A DNA stretch of 64,000 bases, taken from a bacterium. Lineage in GTDB: Bacteria; 4484-113; JAGGVC01. The notes below the pieces were generated by a model that worked only from the letters and a program-made list of their open reading frames with translations, was not told where the DNA came from and did not search any database. Of this stretch, positions 28,500 through 37,272 are shown piece after piece. The stretch is taken from assembly GCA_039961635.1 (NCBI GenBank), contig JABRWB010000008.1:30158-94157 (forward strand). Direction: 5' to 3'. The position numbers were made by a program, and so were the translations under genes. Position 1 is the first letter of the stretch. Each line of letters starts with the position of its first letter.

Positions 28500-29462
28500 T
28501 TACCGCATCCTCATTTCAGCCAGAAGTCCGTTAAGGTATAACACCGCCGCAAGCCTGGAAAGCGGGCTTTCCATTCCCTGGAACGTGGGAGGAAGCTTCG
28601 TCAATCCCGGATTCATGAAGAAATCCCAGAAGCTGGGGGGAGGAGGCTCGCGAAGCGTCAAATCCTCGTCGCAAAGCTCCTCGAGTTTCGCGAACGCGTC
28701 GTCGAAGCTCCCGACCTCGTCAATCAGGTGCAGCTCTTTGGCCTGCTCGCCGGTGAAAACCATGCCGGTTGCAATTTTGCGCACTTCCTCGACGGCGAGA
28801 TTGCGCCCCTCGGCGACGCGCCCGATGAATTGCTCGTGCACCTCGTCCAAAAGCGCCTGAAGCATCGCCTTTTCTTCCGCGGTCATCGGACGGTTGATCG
28901 AGCCGATGTCCTTATCTTTGCCGGCCTTGATGGTCGTCGTGCCGATTCCCAGCTTTTCGAAAAGCCCGGAGAATTCCATCCCTTCGAAAATCACGCCGAT
29001 GGAGCCGGTCAGTGTGCTTTGATTCGCGTAAATGAAATCTGCGGCCGTCGCGATGTAATAACCGCCGCTCGCCGCGACGTCGCCCATTGAAACGACGACT
29101 TTCTTCTTTTCCTTCGCTTTGCGGAGCGCGCTCCATATTTCATCGCTGGCCGCCGCGCTTCCGCCCGGGCTGTCAATGCGGACGATTATTCCTTTGATGG
29201 AATTGTCATCAACGTACTCGTTGATCTCCTTGACGACGCGCATGGAAGATACCCCGCCAGAGCCGCCGAACGCGCCTCCGTCCCCGCCGCTGGCCATTAT
29301 CACGCCCTCGATAGTTATAAGGCCCGCCTCCGCGCCGCCGAAGGACATGGACGGCCTTGCGAATCCCTCGCCCGAACGCATCAGCGCCGTTCCCCCTATC
29401 AGCAGGGCGCAGACAATCGCAAACACGAGGAGAGCGTTGAAAAATCTCACGTTTTGGCGCAT
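28500..29462 (-). CDS. sppA: Signal peptide peptidase SppA (36K type, S49 family)
   Basis: N-terminal TM anchor. VVVSMGDVAASGGYYIATAADFIYANQSTLTGSIGV contains the catalytic Ser region. The conserved Lys is in the ...GVIFEG block. Confidence 0.85.
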   Translation of the reverse strand: MRQNVRFFNALLVFAIVCALLIGGTALMRSGEGFARPSMSFGGAEAGLITIEGVIMASGGDGGAFGGSGGVSSMRVVKEINEYVDDNSIKGIIVRIDSPGGSAAASDEIWSALRKAKEKKKVVVSMGDVAASGGYYIATAADFIYANQSTLTGSIGVIFEGMEFSGLFEKLGIGTTTIKAGKDKDIGSINRPMTAEEKAMLQALLDEVHEQFIGRVAEGRNLAVEEVRKIATGMVFTGEQAKELHLIDEVGSFDDAFAKLEELCDEDLTLREPPPPSFWDFFMNPGLTKLPPTFQGMESPLSRLAAVLYLNGLLAEMRMR

Positions 29463-29490
29463 ATTTCCACCTCGGACGGATTATAGCCCA

Positions 29491-30033
29491 CTAGAGCACC
29501 ACCGAGTCTTTGTCGTAGCGCACGGACTTGAACCGGAACAGCCTGTAATCGGCCCCCAAATCTATTCCGGCCTTTTTGGCCGCCGATTCGAGCTGCTTTT
29601 CCACGGTGTCAATTCCGGGCTGGTTCGGGAGCATGACGGCGCGTTTCTCCCCCTGCTCAAGCACTATTCCGAACTCCGCGGGATCGAGGACTTCCTTCGT
29701 GCATTCGCGCGGCCGCTCCAGCACGTCAACTGTGATTTCGAGCGAGTCCAATTCCTTCAATGTCACAGGCGGAAAACGCGGATCCTTGGTGGCCGCCAAA
29801 ATCGCGTTGGAGATAATCTCCACACCGAGCGTGACTTCCTTGTATTCCACGGAACCCATGCAGCCGCGCAGCTGCCCTTTTTTGTGAAGCGTGACGAAAC
29901 AGGCGGACTTGCCTTCGAGAATCTTGTAATACGCATGCGGCGGCGATATCCGGACGCGCGCCTCCAGGTACGACTTTATGGCGTCGTATGCAAGCTGCAC
30001 GAGCGGGTTGTGAATCTTAATTTGGGCTTCCAC
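29491..30033 (-). CDS. AMMECR1-domain protein
   Basis: 180 aa with the conserved LRGCMGS motif characteristic of AMMECR1. Confidence 0.8.
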   Translation of the reverse strand: MEAQIKIHNPLVQLAYDAIKSYLEARVRISPPHAYYKILEGKSACFVTLHKKGQLRGCMGSVEYKEVTLGVEIISNAILAATKDPRFPPVTLKELDSLEITVDVLERPRECTKEVLDPAEFGIVLEQGEKRAVMLPNQPGIDTVEKQLESAAKKAGIDLGADYRLFRFKSVRYDKDSVVL

Positions 30034-30826
30034 CCTTCACCTCGATTTGAGCAACCAAGTATCCCACGCCGAACGGATCCTCGTATGAAAGCACACAAGG
30101 CGCGGCTTCGGCGCGGGAATAAAATCCCATTCCGGCGGCGAAACTGGGGGCACCGCACTGCATCGCCTTAACCAGCTCCGGTCCCGAAATTGACAGTATA
30201 GCGTCCGGATGCCAATCCCGCACCGCCGCGACCACTATTTCGTCAAACTTTTTTCCCCAAGGATCGTACTCGCGTCCCATTCCTTTCCTCGTACAATGGC
30301 TCAAATCGCCGCTGGCCACCCAGCTTAACCGCTTGGCCGGGAAGGCTTTTTGGAGAGCTTCCGCCAGCGCCGCGCCGAACTGGAAGCAAGCGATAAGCGG
30401 CGCCCATGCCAACGAAATAGGCAGAACGACCGGCCGGTACCCAAGTCTCGCCGCGGCGTCGAGGAACACCAAATAGCCCCAGTCAAGCTCGCCGGATTTG
30501 ATTTCGTGGGTCTCAAGCGGTAATACCGCCGCAAGAACCGCCGCCGCAAGCTCCGGCGAGCCATCTACGGAGCGAGATACATCGGGGCATCCAAAATCGG
30601 CGAAATCGCCTCGCAGCTTTGCAGCCGAGACCACTCCCGCCCTGCCGTGCCGCGCCCGCGGATGGTGCGGCCCGCTCATTATCACGACATCCGGCGAGGC
30701 GTCCCCAACGCGCGCGGCAAGGCGCGAGAGCGCCTCGGAAGTGGCCGCAACTTCGGCAAGCCTGTCGCAGCCAATTTCTGGAACGAGAACCGGGGGGTGC
30801 GGCACGATGCCGCCGGTCACAAGCAT
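30017..30826 (-). CDS. Memo-like protein (AmmeMemoRadiSam system protein B family; class III extradiol-dioxygenase-like fold)
   Basis: VVIMSGPHHP ... WVASGDLSHC metal-binding His/Asp/Cys pattern of Memo1 homologs. Overlaps the AMMECR1 gene by 17 nt, as in the conserved AMMECR1-Memo gene pairing. Confidence 0.7.
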   Translation of the reverse strand: MLVTGGIVPHPPVLVPEIGCDRLAEVAATSEALSRLAARVGDASPDVVIMSGPHHPRARHGRAGVVSAAKLRGDFADFGCPDVSRSVDGSPELAAAVLAAVLPLETHEIKSGELDWGYLVFLDAAARLGYRPVVLPISLAWAPLIACFQFGAALAEALQKAFPAKRLSWVASGDLSHCTRKGMGREYDPWGKKFDEIVVAAVRDWHPDAILSISGPELVKAMQCGAPSFAAGMGFYSRAEAAPCVLSYEDPFGVGYLVAQIEVKGGSPN

Positions 30827-30955
30827 CGGATGCGCCCTGAACCGGGCAGAACTATTTTAGCAAAGTCAGCAAGTTCGGTCCGCGCAAATCCCGCAAAGAC
30901 GCCACCGCAAGTGCTCCTAAAATCAAGAGAGGTCGCGGCCCGCGCGCGCGACCCG

Positions 30956-31780
30956 TCACCCGAACCGCACCCTGTCCAGCGGGATAACCGGGCCGTTGCG
31001 GCATGTCGTTATTCGCTTCTCCGTTCCGTCCTCGTCCACGACCGTCGCCACGCATCCGAAGCACGCGCCTATTCCGCACGCCATCCGCTCCTCCAGCGAC
31101 GCCTCGCCCGCAACCCGCCCCGCCGCCGTCCGCTGCACCGCCGCCATCATCGGGGTCGGCCCGCAGCATGCGACGTAGTCCAAATTTTCGTTTTCCAGGC
31201 AATTCGCGAGCAAGTCCACGACCGAGCCATGATGCCCGAAGCTCCCGTCATCCGTTGAGTATTTTGGAGCCATTTTTTCGCGTTCGAACAAAGGGATGCA
31301 AAGCGCCTCTTTTTTTCTGGCGCCCATGAAGAATTCCACCCGCACTTCCGGCCGCGTTTCACGCAATTTCCGGGCGAGAAAGATCAGCGGCGCGTTGCCC
31401 ACGCCGCCCGCCACGAGCGCAACCTTGCGGGCGCCTTCGGGCACCGTGAATCCTTTGCCCAGCGGAAGCAGAATCTTCAGTCCGGTGCCTTCCGGACGGG
31501 CCGCAAGCCATCTCGTCCCTGAGCCCGCCGCGTGGTAGTAAATCTCGATTTCATGCCGCTTTACGTCGTATCCGAGCACCGAAAACGGCCGGTAAAGCCT
31601 GCCCCACGGCGTGTCGTCGCACTTGAGGTTGACGAACTGGCCTGGCAGGAATCCGCCGCCGTAATCCGGGCACGCGAGCCTGATCAGATGGTGCCCCGCG
31701 GCGAATTCGAGTTGCGAAACCACCGTACAGCCCAAGTGCGAGTACTTCCTGGCCTCGATTGAGCGCTCCGCGTCATGCAT
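30956..31780 (-). CDS. PyrK-like FAD/NAD(P)-binding oxidoreductase with C-terminal [2Fe-2S] cluster (dihydroorotate dehydrogenase electron-transfer-subunit family)
   Basis: FNR-family FAD motif RLYRPFSV, NAD(P) motif ALVAGGVGNAPL, C-terminal cysteine cluster CGIGACFGC...C. Confidence 0.75.
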   Translation of the reverse strand: MHDAERSIEARKYSHLGCTVVSQLEFAAGHHLIRLACPDYGGGFLPGQFVNLKCDDTPWGRLYRPFSVLGYDVKRHEIEIYYHAAGSGTRWLAARPEGTGLKILLPLGKGFTVPEGARKVALVAGGVGNAPLIFLARKLRETRPEVRVEFFMGARKKEALCIPLFEREKMAPKYSTDDGSFGHHGSVVDLLANCLENENLDYVACCGPTPMMAAVQRTAAGRVAGEASLEERMACGIGACFGCVATVVDEDGTEKRITTCRNGPVIPLDRVRFG

Positions 31781-31935
31781 CGGCGGGATTCTAGCAGGCC
31801 GGACGGACTTTGCGACGCATCGGGCCGTTCGCCGGAAAGATGACGTGCCGGCCTAACGGAGGCTCTCCGGAAAAAAATCTTGACGGGGTTCGATAAACGG
31901 CCCAAGTTTGTGGTAGAATTGATTACTCCCAAAAT

Positions 31936-31987
31936 TCTCCCTCCTATTTTGTCCGAGGGAGGAGGGTAACCCCTCCTCCCTTTTTTT
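31936..31987 (+). terminator. Attenuator-like unit 1 of 3: two mutually exclusive hairpins. The second is followed by a T8 tract, giving an intrinsic-terminator form on the + strand.
   Basis: CTCCCTCC-tattttgtccga-GGGAGGAGGG-taac-CCCTCCTCCC-TTTTTTTT. Stem 1 pairs CTCCCTCC with GGGAGGAG; stem 2 pairs GGGAGGAGGG with CCCTCCTCCC and shares its 5' arm with stem 1. Confidence 0.6.
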
Positions 31988-32096
31988 TCGCTTGAACACT
32001 TCCGGAAGACGGCCATTCCCGTGAAAACCCGCACATCGCCCGCGGCGCGCCCAAGCCGCGTTCGCTTGTGATAAAATGTGGTCACAATTCAATTAA

Positions 32097-32144
32097 CTCC
32101 CTCCTATTTTGTCCAGGGGAGGAGGGCAAAACCCTCCTCCCTTT
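32097..32144 (+). terminator. Attenuator-like unit 2 of 3
   Basis: CTCCCTCC-tattttgtcca-GGGGAGGAGGG-caaaa-CCCTCCTCCC-TTT, 161 bp after unit 1. Confidence 0.55.
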
Positions 32145-32251
32145 GTTCCGTACGCTTGTGAATGGTTAGCAATCCGTTCCAAATCCCCCGCAATGACCAC
32201 GGCCAAGCATGTAACCGCATGTGGTGGTAAAATAAAACCAGAATGTAATTT

Positions 32252-32302
32252 CTCCCTCCTATTTTGTCCGAGGGAGGAGGGGAAAAACCCTCCTCCCTTT
32301 TT
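32252..32302 (+). terminator. Attenuator-like unit 3 of 3, about 30-60 nt upstream of the start of CDS 32332-33747
   Basis: CTCCCTCC-tattttgtccga-GGGAGGAGGG-gaaaaa-CCCTCCTCCC-TTTTT, 155 bp after unit 2. Confidence 0.6.
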
Positions 32303-32331
32303 GTCGCGGGGGCGCGGGATGGTGCAATCCG

Positions 32332-33747
32332 GTGAAACGTGATTCACCGCCGATACGGAGCTGTGTGGTGAATGAAATTTGGGCGCCTTTAATTGCTCTG
32401 ACATCGGCTCTCCGCTTTGCTAACATTCCAGCCGTGTCCATTCCCGACCACACGCTTCGCTTCAACCGCCGCTCGCCCGAGTTCGCGCTCGACTGGGCGT
32501 GGCTTGCGCTTGCCGATTCCCGCCCGCCGGAGAATCCCGACATTTCTTTCCGCCGGCTCGCCGATGCGAAGGAAACGGCCCGCGGCCTGTTCGTGAGCCG
32601 CCAGATGAAGCTCGCGGATTTGCAAATCCTTCGCGGCCGGGTAGAAAAAGCCGCCCGCGCAAAGACCGATGCCGAAGTGGAATACGAGTTGTTCCTGGAG
32701 AGCCTTGACGCTTCCGCCGCCGCGGCGAAGCGAACCGTCAATCCGCTCAAAAAGCTTTCGGAAGACAAAAAGCGCGAAGAGCTGCTCAAGAAAAAAGCCG
32801 GACCGGTCAAGGCCGCCCGCGAAGTGCACGCCGCGCTGGAAAAACAGCTCGCGGCACTTGAAGCGGAGATCGCGAAGCTCGAAGCCGGCAGGGAAGCCGC
32901 GCTCGCGAATTCAGCCGCACTGGAAGAGCGATGGATTGCCGCGGCGTCCGCCGAGGCGCTGTCGATGCTCGCATCGGAGGGGCCGGATTCGGCCGCGGCG
33001 GCGCTCGAAGCGCGGCTGGGACGGGATCCGCGGCGGATCGAATTCAATTTCCTGCTGTGGATGTGCGCGCAAATCGCATCCGGGCTGTCAGCCGATCCCG
33101 AAAAGCTATTGCATAAATCCCGCGCCGCGATCGCGGAGATACGCGCTTCGGACGCGCACGCGCTCGCAGCCGCGATGGAAGCCTGCGATTCGCCTTCCGC
33201 ACCGGAGTCGCCGCCCGCCACGCCGTCCGACATCGGCGCGCGCGCATACCCGCTTTATTCGCTGTGCCGCGTGATGGCCGGCGCGCCCGCGCCGGCGGAG
33301 CTCGAACCGCCCCGGCTCGCCGCGCTGGCCGAAATTGTCAATCTCGCCGTCGCGGCCGAAAAACGCAGTGCGAAAACCGGGCAATTCGGCGACATTGCCG
33401 GAAAATCCCGCGACGCGGCTGCGCGGATTCTCGAATCCGGAAGCGATTTTCCCGACTCCGCGCTTGCATTGGCGGGCCACGTGCATATCCTTTGCGGCGC
33501 GGCCTCGGATTGGATCGATTTCCTCACGTCCAAGTCCGTTGCGCTTACGCCCGCGCACCGTTTTTCGCTTGGAATACTCGCGCTCGCGCACAAATCCGCC
33601 GGGCGCGAAGTCCCGTCCGCGCTTTTGGATATGTTCCGCAGGGGAAGGCCGGATTCCTTCCTTTGGTATACTCTTTCCGCGGTGGAGGGTGTGCCGCGCC
33701 TGGAGCATCCATTCGAATTCTCCGGCGGACTATTCCTGATCCCTTGA
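32332..33747 (+). CDS. Hypothetical coiled-coil protein (about 460-471 aa), first gene of a three-gene operon with the AAA ATPase
   Basis: GTG start (32332 or 32365/32368). Central Ala/Glu/Lys-rich coiled coil (KLADLQILRGRVEKAARAKTDAEVEYELFLESLDASAAAAKRT...LEAEIAKLEAGREAALANSAALEERW). The C-terminal 200 aa are Ala-rich helical. No known motif recognised. Confidence 0.6.
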   Translation: MKRDSPPIRSCVVNEIWAPLIALTSALRFANIPAVSIPDHTLRFNRRSPEFALDWAWLALADSRPPENPDISFRRLADAKETARGLFVSRQMKLADLQILRGRVEKAARAKTDAEVEYELFLESLDASAAAAKRTVNPLKKLSEDKKREELLKKKAGPVKAAREVHAALEKQLAALEAEIAKLEAGREAALANSAALEERWIAAASAEALSMLASEGPDSAAAALEARLGRDPRRIEFNFLLWMCAQIASGLSADPEKLLHKSRAAIAEIRASDAHALAAAMEACDSPSAPESPPATPSDIGARAYPLYSLCRVMAGAPAPAELEPPRLAALAEIVNLAVAAEKRSAKTGQFGDIAGKSRDAAARILESGSDFPDSALALAGHVHILCGAASDWIDFLTSKSVALTPAHRFSLGILALAHKSAGREVPSALLDMFRRGRPDSFLWYTLSAVEGVPRLEHPFEFSGGLFLIP

Positions 33748-33766
33748 AACGCCGCGGGGCGCCCAG

Positions 33767-35329
33767 GTGGAAAAAGACTTCAGCATCGTGGACGAAATCG
33801 AGCTTCTCATCCGCGCGCGCTACCCCATCCTTTACGTCCAGAGCTTCGAGGAAGACCGCGTGATTCCCGCGCTTCGCCGCATCTGCGAAAAGCGCGGCAA
33901 GGAATATTTCGAGTGGGCGTGCACGGAAGGATTCACCAGCTTCAAGGCCGGCGAAAAGAAAATAGACTCCGCCACCCGCGACCCCGTCCAGGCGCTGGAG
34001 CATGTCGCGCAGTCGAAACTTAACGCGGTTTATTTGCTCAAGGACTTCCACCCGTTCCTGAACGACTTCACCGTGACGCGCAAGGTGCGGGACGTCGCGA
34101 TGGCGCTGAAAAGCAGCTACAAAACGATCGTCATCCTCTCGCCGGTGCTGCGCATCCCGACGGAGCTCGAAAAGGAAATAACCGTCGTGGATTTTCCGCT
34201 CCCGGATTCGAAAGAGCTTCTCGAAATCCTCGACAACATCGTCAAGCTTGTCGCGAAAGACCCGAAGGTCAAGGTAAACCTGACGCAGGCCGACCGCGAG
34301 AACATCGTCCAGGCCGCGCTGGGGCTGACCGCGAGCGAGGCCAAGCAGGCGTTCGCCAAGGCGATTGTCCACGACGCGTCCATTTCGTCCGCCGATATAA
34401 GCATGATCCTTTCGGAAAAGGAGCAGATCGTGCGCAAGGCGGGATACCTGGAATACTTCCGCTCGCAGGACGAGTTCGCGCACATCGGCGGGCTGGATTT
34501 GCTAAAAAGCTGGATGGCAAAGCGCGGCCGCGCGTTCGGCGAGGACGCGAAAAAATTCGGGCTGCCCGCGCCCAAAGGCGTGCTTTTGGTCGGCGTCCAG
34601 GGCTGCGGCAAGTCGCTGACCGCGAAGGCCGTCTCCGGATTGTGGCAGCTCCCGCTGCTGCGGCTCGACGTGGGCAAGCTTTTTTCCGGGGTAGTCGGCT
34701 CGTCCGAGGACAACGCGCGGCGCGCGATAAAGTCCGCCGAAGCAGTCTCGCCGTGCATCCTTTGGATTGACGAAATCGAAAAAGGGCTGTCTGGAGTGCA
34801 GTCAAGCTCGTTCTCGGACGCGGGCACGACCAGCCGCGTCTTCGGCACGATAATCACCTGGATGCAGGAGAAGGAAAAGCCCGTATTCATAATCGCGACG
34901 GCGAACGACATAACGCAGCTTCCGCCGGAGATGATGCGCAAGGGGCGCTTCGACGAGATATTTTTCGTGGATCTGCCGGAGCAAGGCGAGCGTGTCGAGA
35001 TTTTCGAAATCCACATCAAAAAGAAAAAGCGCGATCCGGAGAAGTACGACCTCGAAAAACTCGCGGAACTCGCCGTCGGATTTTCCGGCGCGGAAATCGA
35101 GCAGGCCGTTATCAGCGCGCTCTTCGACGCGTTCGACTCCGGCAAAGAGCTGACGCAGGCCAACCTGGAGCGCGCGATTACCGAAACCGTCCCGCTTTCG
35201 CGCACGATGAAGGAGCACATCGAGGCGCTGCGCGGCTGGGCGAAGACCCGCGCGCGGTTCGCGTCAAGCCGCGAAAACGTAGAGGAAATCCAGCCGCTGC
35301 CCGCCGGATTCAGCGCGCTCGAAATCTGA
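33767..35329 (+). CDS. Classical-clade AAA+ ATPase with an about 230-aa N-terminal domain (Ycf46-like family)
   Basis: Walker A LLVGVQGCGKSLTAKAV. Walker B ILWIDEIEKG. Sensor-1/arginine finger region IIATANDITQLPPEMMRKGRFDEIFFVDLP (classical AAA second-region-of-homology pattern). N-terminal ELLIRARYPILYVQSFEEDRV resembles the conserved N-terminus of cyanobacterial Ycf46-type ATPases (recalled from memory, not searched). GTG start 20 nt after the upstream stop. Confidence 0.8.
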   Translation: MEKDFSIVDEIELLIRARYPILYVQSFEEDRVIPALRRICEKRGKEYFEWACTEGFTSFKAGEKKIDSATRDPVQALEHVAQSKLNAVYLLKDFHPFLNDFTVTRKVRDVAMALKSSYKTIVILSPVLRIPTELEKEITVVDFPLPDSKELLEILDNIVKLVAKDPKVKVNLTQADRENIVQAALGLTASEAKQAFAKAIVHDASISSADISMILSEKEQIVRKAGYLEYFRSQDEFAHIGGLDLLKSWMAKRGRAFGEDAKKFGLPAPKGVLLVGVQGCGKSLTAKAVSGLWQLPLLRLDVGKLFSGVVGSSEDNARRAIKSAEAVSPCILWIDEIEKGLSGVQSSSFSDAGTTSRVFGTIITWMQEKEKPVFIIATANDITQLPPEMMRKGRFDEIFFVDLPEQGERVEIFEIHIKKKKRDPEKYDLEKLAELAVGFSGAEIEQAVISALFDAFDSGKELTQANLERAITETVPLSRTMKEHIEALRGWAKTRARFASSRENVEEIQPLPAGFSALEI

Positions 35330-36366
35330 TGGCTGGCATCCGCCCACTTGATTACCTTGCGGATTACTACCGCACGCGGCCGAACATATACGAGCTGCCG
35401 ATAGAGTCCTCGGGGCTTGCGGACGACGACCTGCATATAAAAACTTTCGGCAGGCTTGCCTCGCTCGCGATGCTGCGCCACGAGAAAACCGTCCTGCGCG
35501 GGATGAGACTGCTTGTCGAGGGAAGCTGGGAGGAATGCGCCGAAGAAATGAAACGCGCGCTGGCGACGATGCCGGGGCTGACCGACGCGCGGCTTTTGGC
35601 CGCGATCGCGTATTACATGCAGGGCAAGCCCGCGCTCGTCGCGAAAACGCTGGCGATTGAAATCGAGGGCGCGAATCCGGATCCCGCGGTGGGGCGGTAT
35701 TTCCGCGCGTGGCTCCCCTCGCTGCGAATACTCGTCCGGCTGGACGACGATCTGGTCGCGCCGTTTTATCCGAACCGGCTGGGGCTTTTCGCGCTCGCGA
35801 TCGCCGCGCAGCGCGAGCTGGGAAACTTCCGCGACGCGGGAATCGCAGTCGAGCAGGCGGCGGACGAGTTCGGTCTCACCGACGAGCTTTTATACTCCGC
35901 GCTGCTGCTGCACCTTCGCACGGGCGGGTACACCGAGGCGTGGCGGCTCGTCCAGACGCGGGAGTACAAGAACCGGGATTCGCTGGACGTCGGGCTTCTG
36001 ATGCTGCGCGCCGAGGCGATGATCGGCCCGCTGGGGATAAACCGCGCGCTCTCCGAATACCGCAGCGCGCTGCAATTCAGGGACAAGCGCTGCAAATGGC
36101 TGATGAACCGGGCGCGCTGGCGCATCGCGGAGCTGTACCAAATCGGGGGGTACTTCCCGGACGAGCGCGAAGCGCTTTGCGCGATAGAGCCGGAGTATTT
36201 TCCGGCGCACCTGAACGAAAGGCGGCTGGCCCGCATTGCCGAACTCCCCGCGCCCAAGGAAGAGCCGGAGGGACTTAAAACCGACGAGCGGTATTTCAAG
36301 CGGTTCGACTACGTCTGGCGAGGCAAGGTGCCGCCCGACGAGCCGGTGGATTTTCTGGAAGTGTGA
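35329..36366 (+). CDS. Hypothetical helical-repeat (TPR-like) protein, third gene of the AAA operon
   Basis: ATG overlaps the AAA gene stop (TGATG). 345 aa, all-alpha, with repeated A-x-x-Y-Y/A-x-x-L helical hairpins. Confidence 0.6.
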   Translation: MAGIRPLDYLADYYRTRPNIYELPIESSGLADDDLHIKTFGRLASLAMLRHEKTVLRGMRLLVEGSWEECAEEMKRALATMPGLTDARLLAAIAYYMQGKPALVAKTLAIEIEGANPDPAVGRYFRAWLPSLRILVRLDDDLVAPFYPNRLGLFALAIAAQRELGNFRDAGIAVEQAADEFGLTDELLYSALLLHLRTGGYTEAWRLVQTREYKNRDSLDVGLLMLRAEAMIGPLGINRALSEYRSALQFRDKRCKWLMNRARWRIAELYQIGGYFPDEREALCAIEPEYFPAHLNERRLARIAELPAPKEEPEGLKTDERYFKRFDYVWRGKVPPDEPVDFLEV

Positions 36367-37272
36367 GGGGCGCAATTTCATATCCCTCCGGTTTCCGGAA
36401 TGGCGCGCAGCGGAATTTTCGCAGGCGCGGCTGGCAGCCGCCCGTTTTCCCGCCGCGGAAATGCGCGGATTTTTCTGGGAGTACGCCGCGTGAGCGGCGT
36501 CCCGCATCGCCTGCGTGAGCGGGCGTGAAAGGACTATCTTTATTTTAGCCGCTTAAGCGGCACAAACCCGACGGCACTTACGTGCCGTACTCCCGGACGC
36601 TACGCGGATATTAGGTATTGATACCGGATACGGCTTGGCCTTCAGGAGTGCGAGAGCCGCGCTCTCGCTCGTTAACGGGAAGCCATGCTTCCCGGAAAAT
36701 AGGAATTCAAATTGCATTGCGCAAACATGAAATTAAAGGAAAAACAATTTCCCCGAAGCATGGCTTCGGGATATCGAGCGGCAGCATGGCCGCCGCAATC
36801 CGGACGCGACGCGGCATTATGAACCGCCGCGACGCGGGGCGCGGCATCCAGCGCGACATGCAGCCCATTCCGGCTCCGCTGTACCTACGCGGAACCTGCG
36901 CGTTATGGCGCGACGCGTGGGAAACGGAAGGCCGGGCGGCGGGCGAGCCGCCGCTCGCCCCTACGGGAAATTTGAGGCGGCTATGGTTTAATGCGGAACG
37001 TCGGAAAAGGCCCGGAAAATTCCCGCATCCCCTGAGTAAAACTGCGTTTGACAGTCCAAAGGGGGGGCGGCCTGCCCTTCCATTTTGGAACGTTGCCTGA
37101 ATGGTGGGATTAACATATTCTTCCTTCTACGAATAATGGCGGAATGTCAACATGGGAAGGCCATGGAAAGATCTGTTTTTGCATGCGAAGATTGTCTGAT
37201 ATTAATCCGTCCAGATCGCTTTTAGCAGTTCGGCTTTGGGGCGATGGTATGAAGAAATTGCCCAAAATATCA

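Noticed and set aside
32093-32404. ORFs 32093-32404 (-) and 32109-32342 (+) over the intergenic repeats
   Set aside because: They are generated by the GGGAGGAGGG/CCCTCCTCCC hairpin repeats (Gly/Pro/Ser runs). This region is non-coding.
36618-37100. 160-aa + strand ORF in the 0.9-kb gap
   Set aside because: It is Arg/Gly-rich with no RBS and low complexity. The region is more plausibly non-coding.
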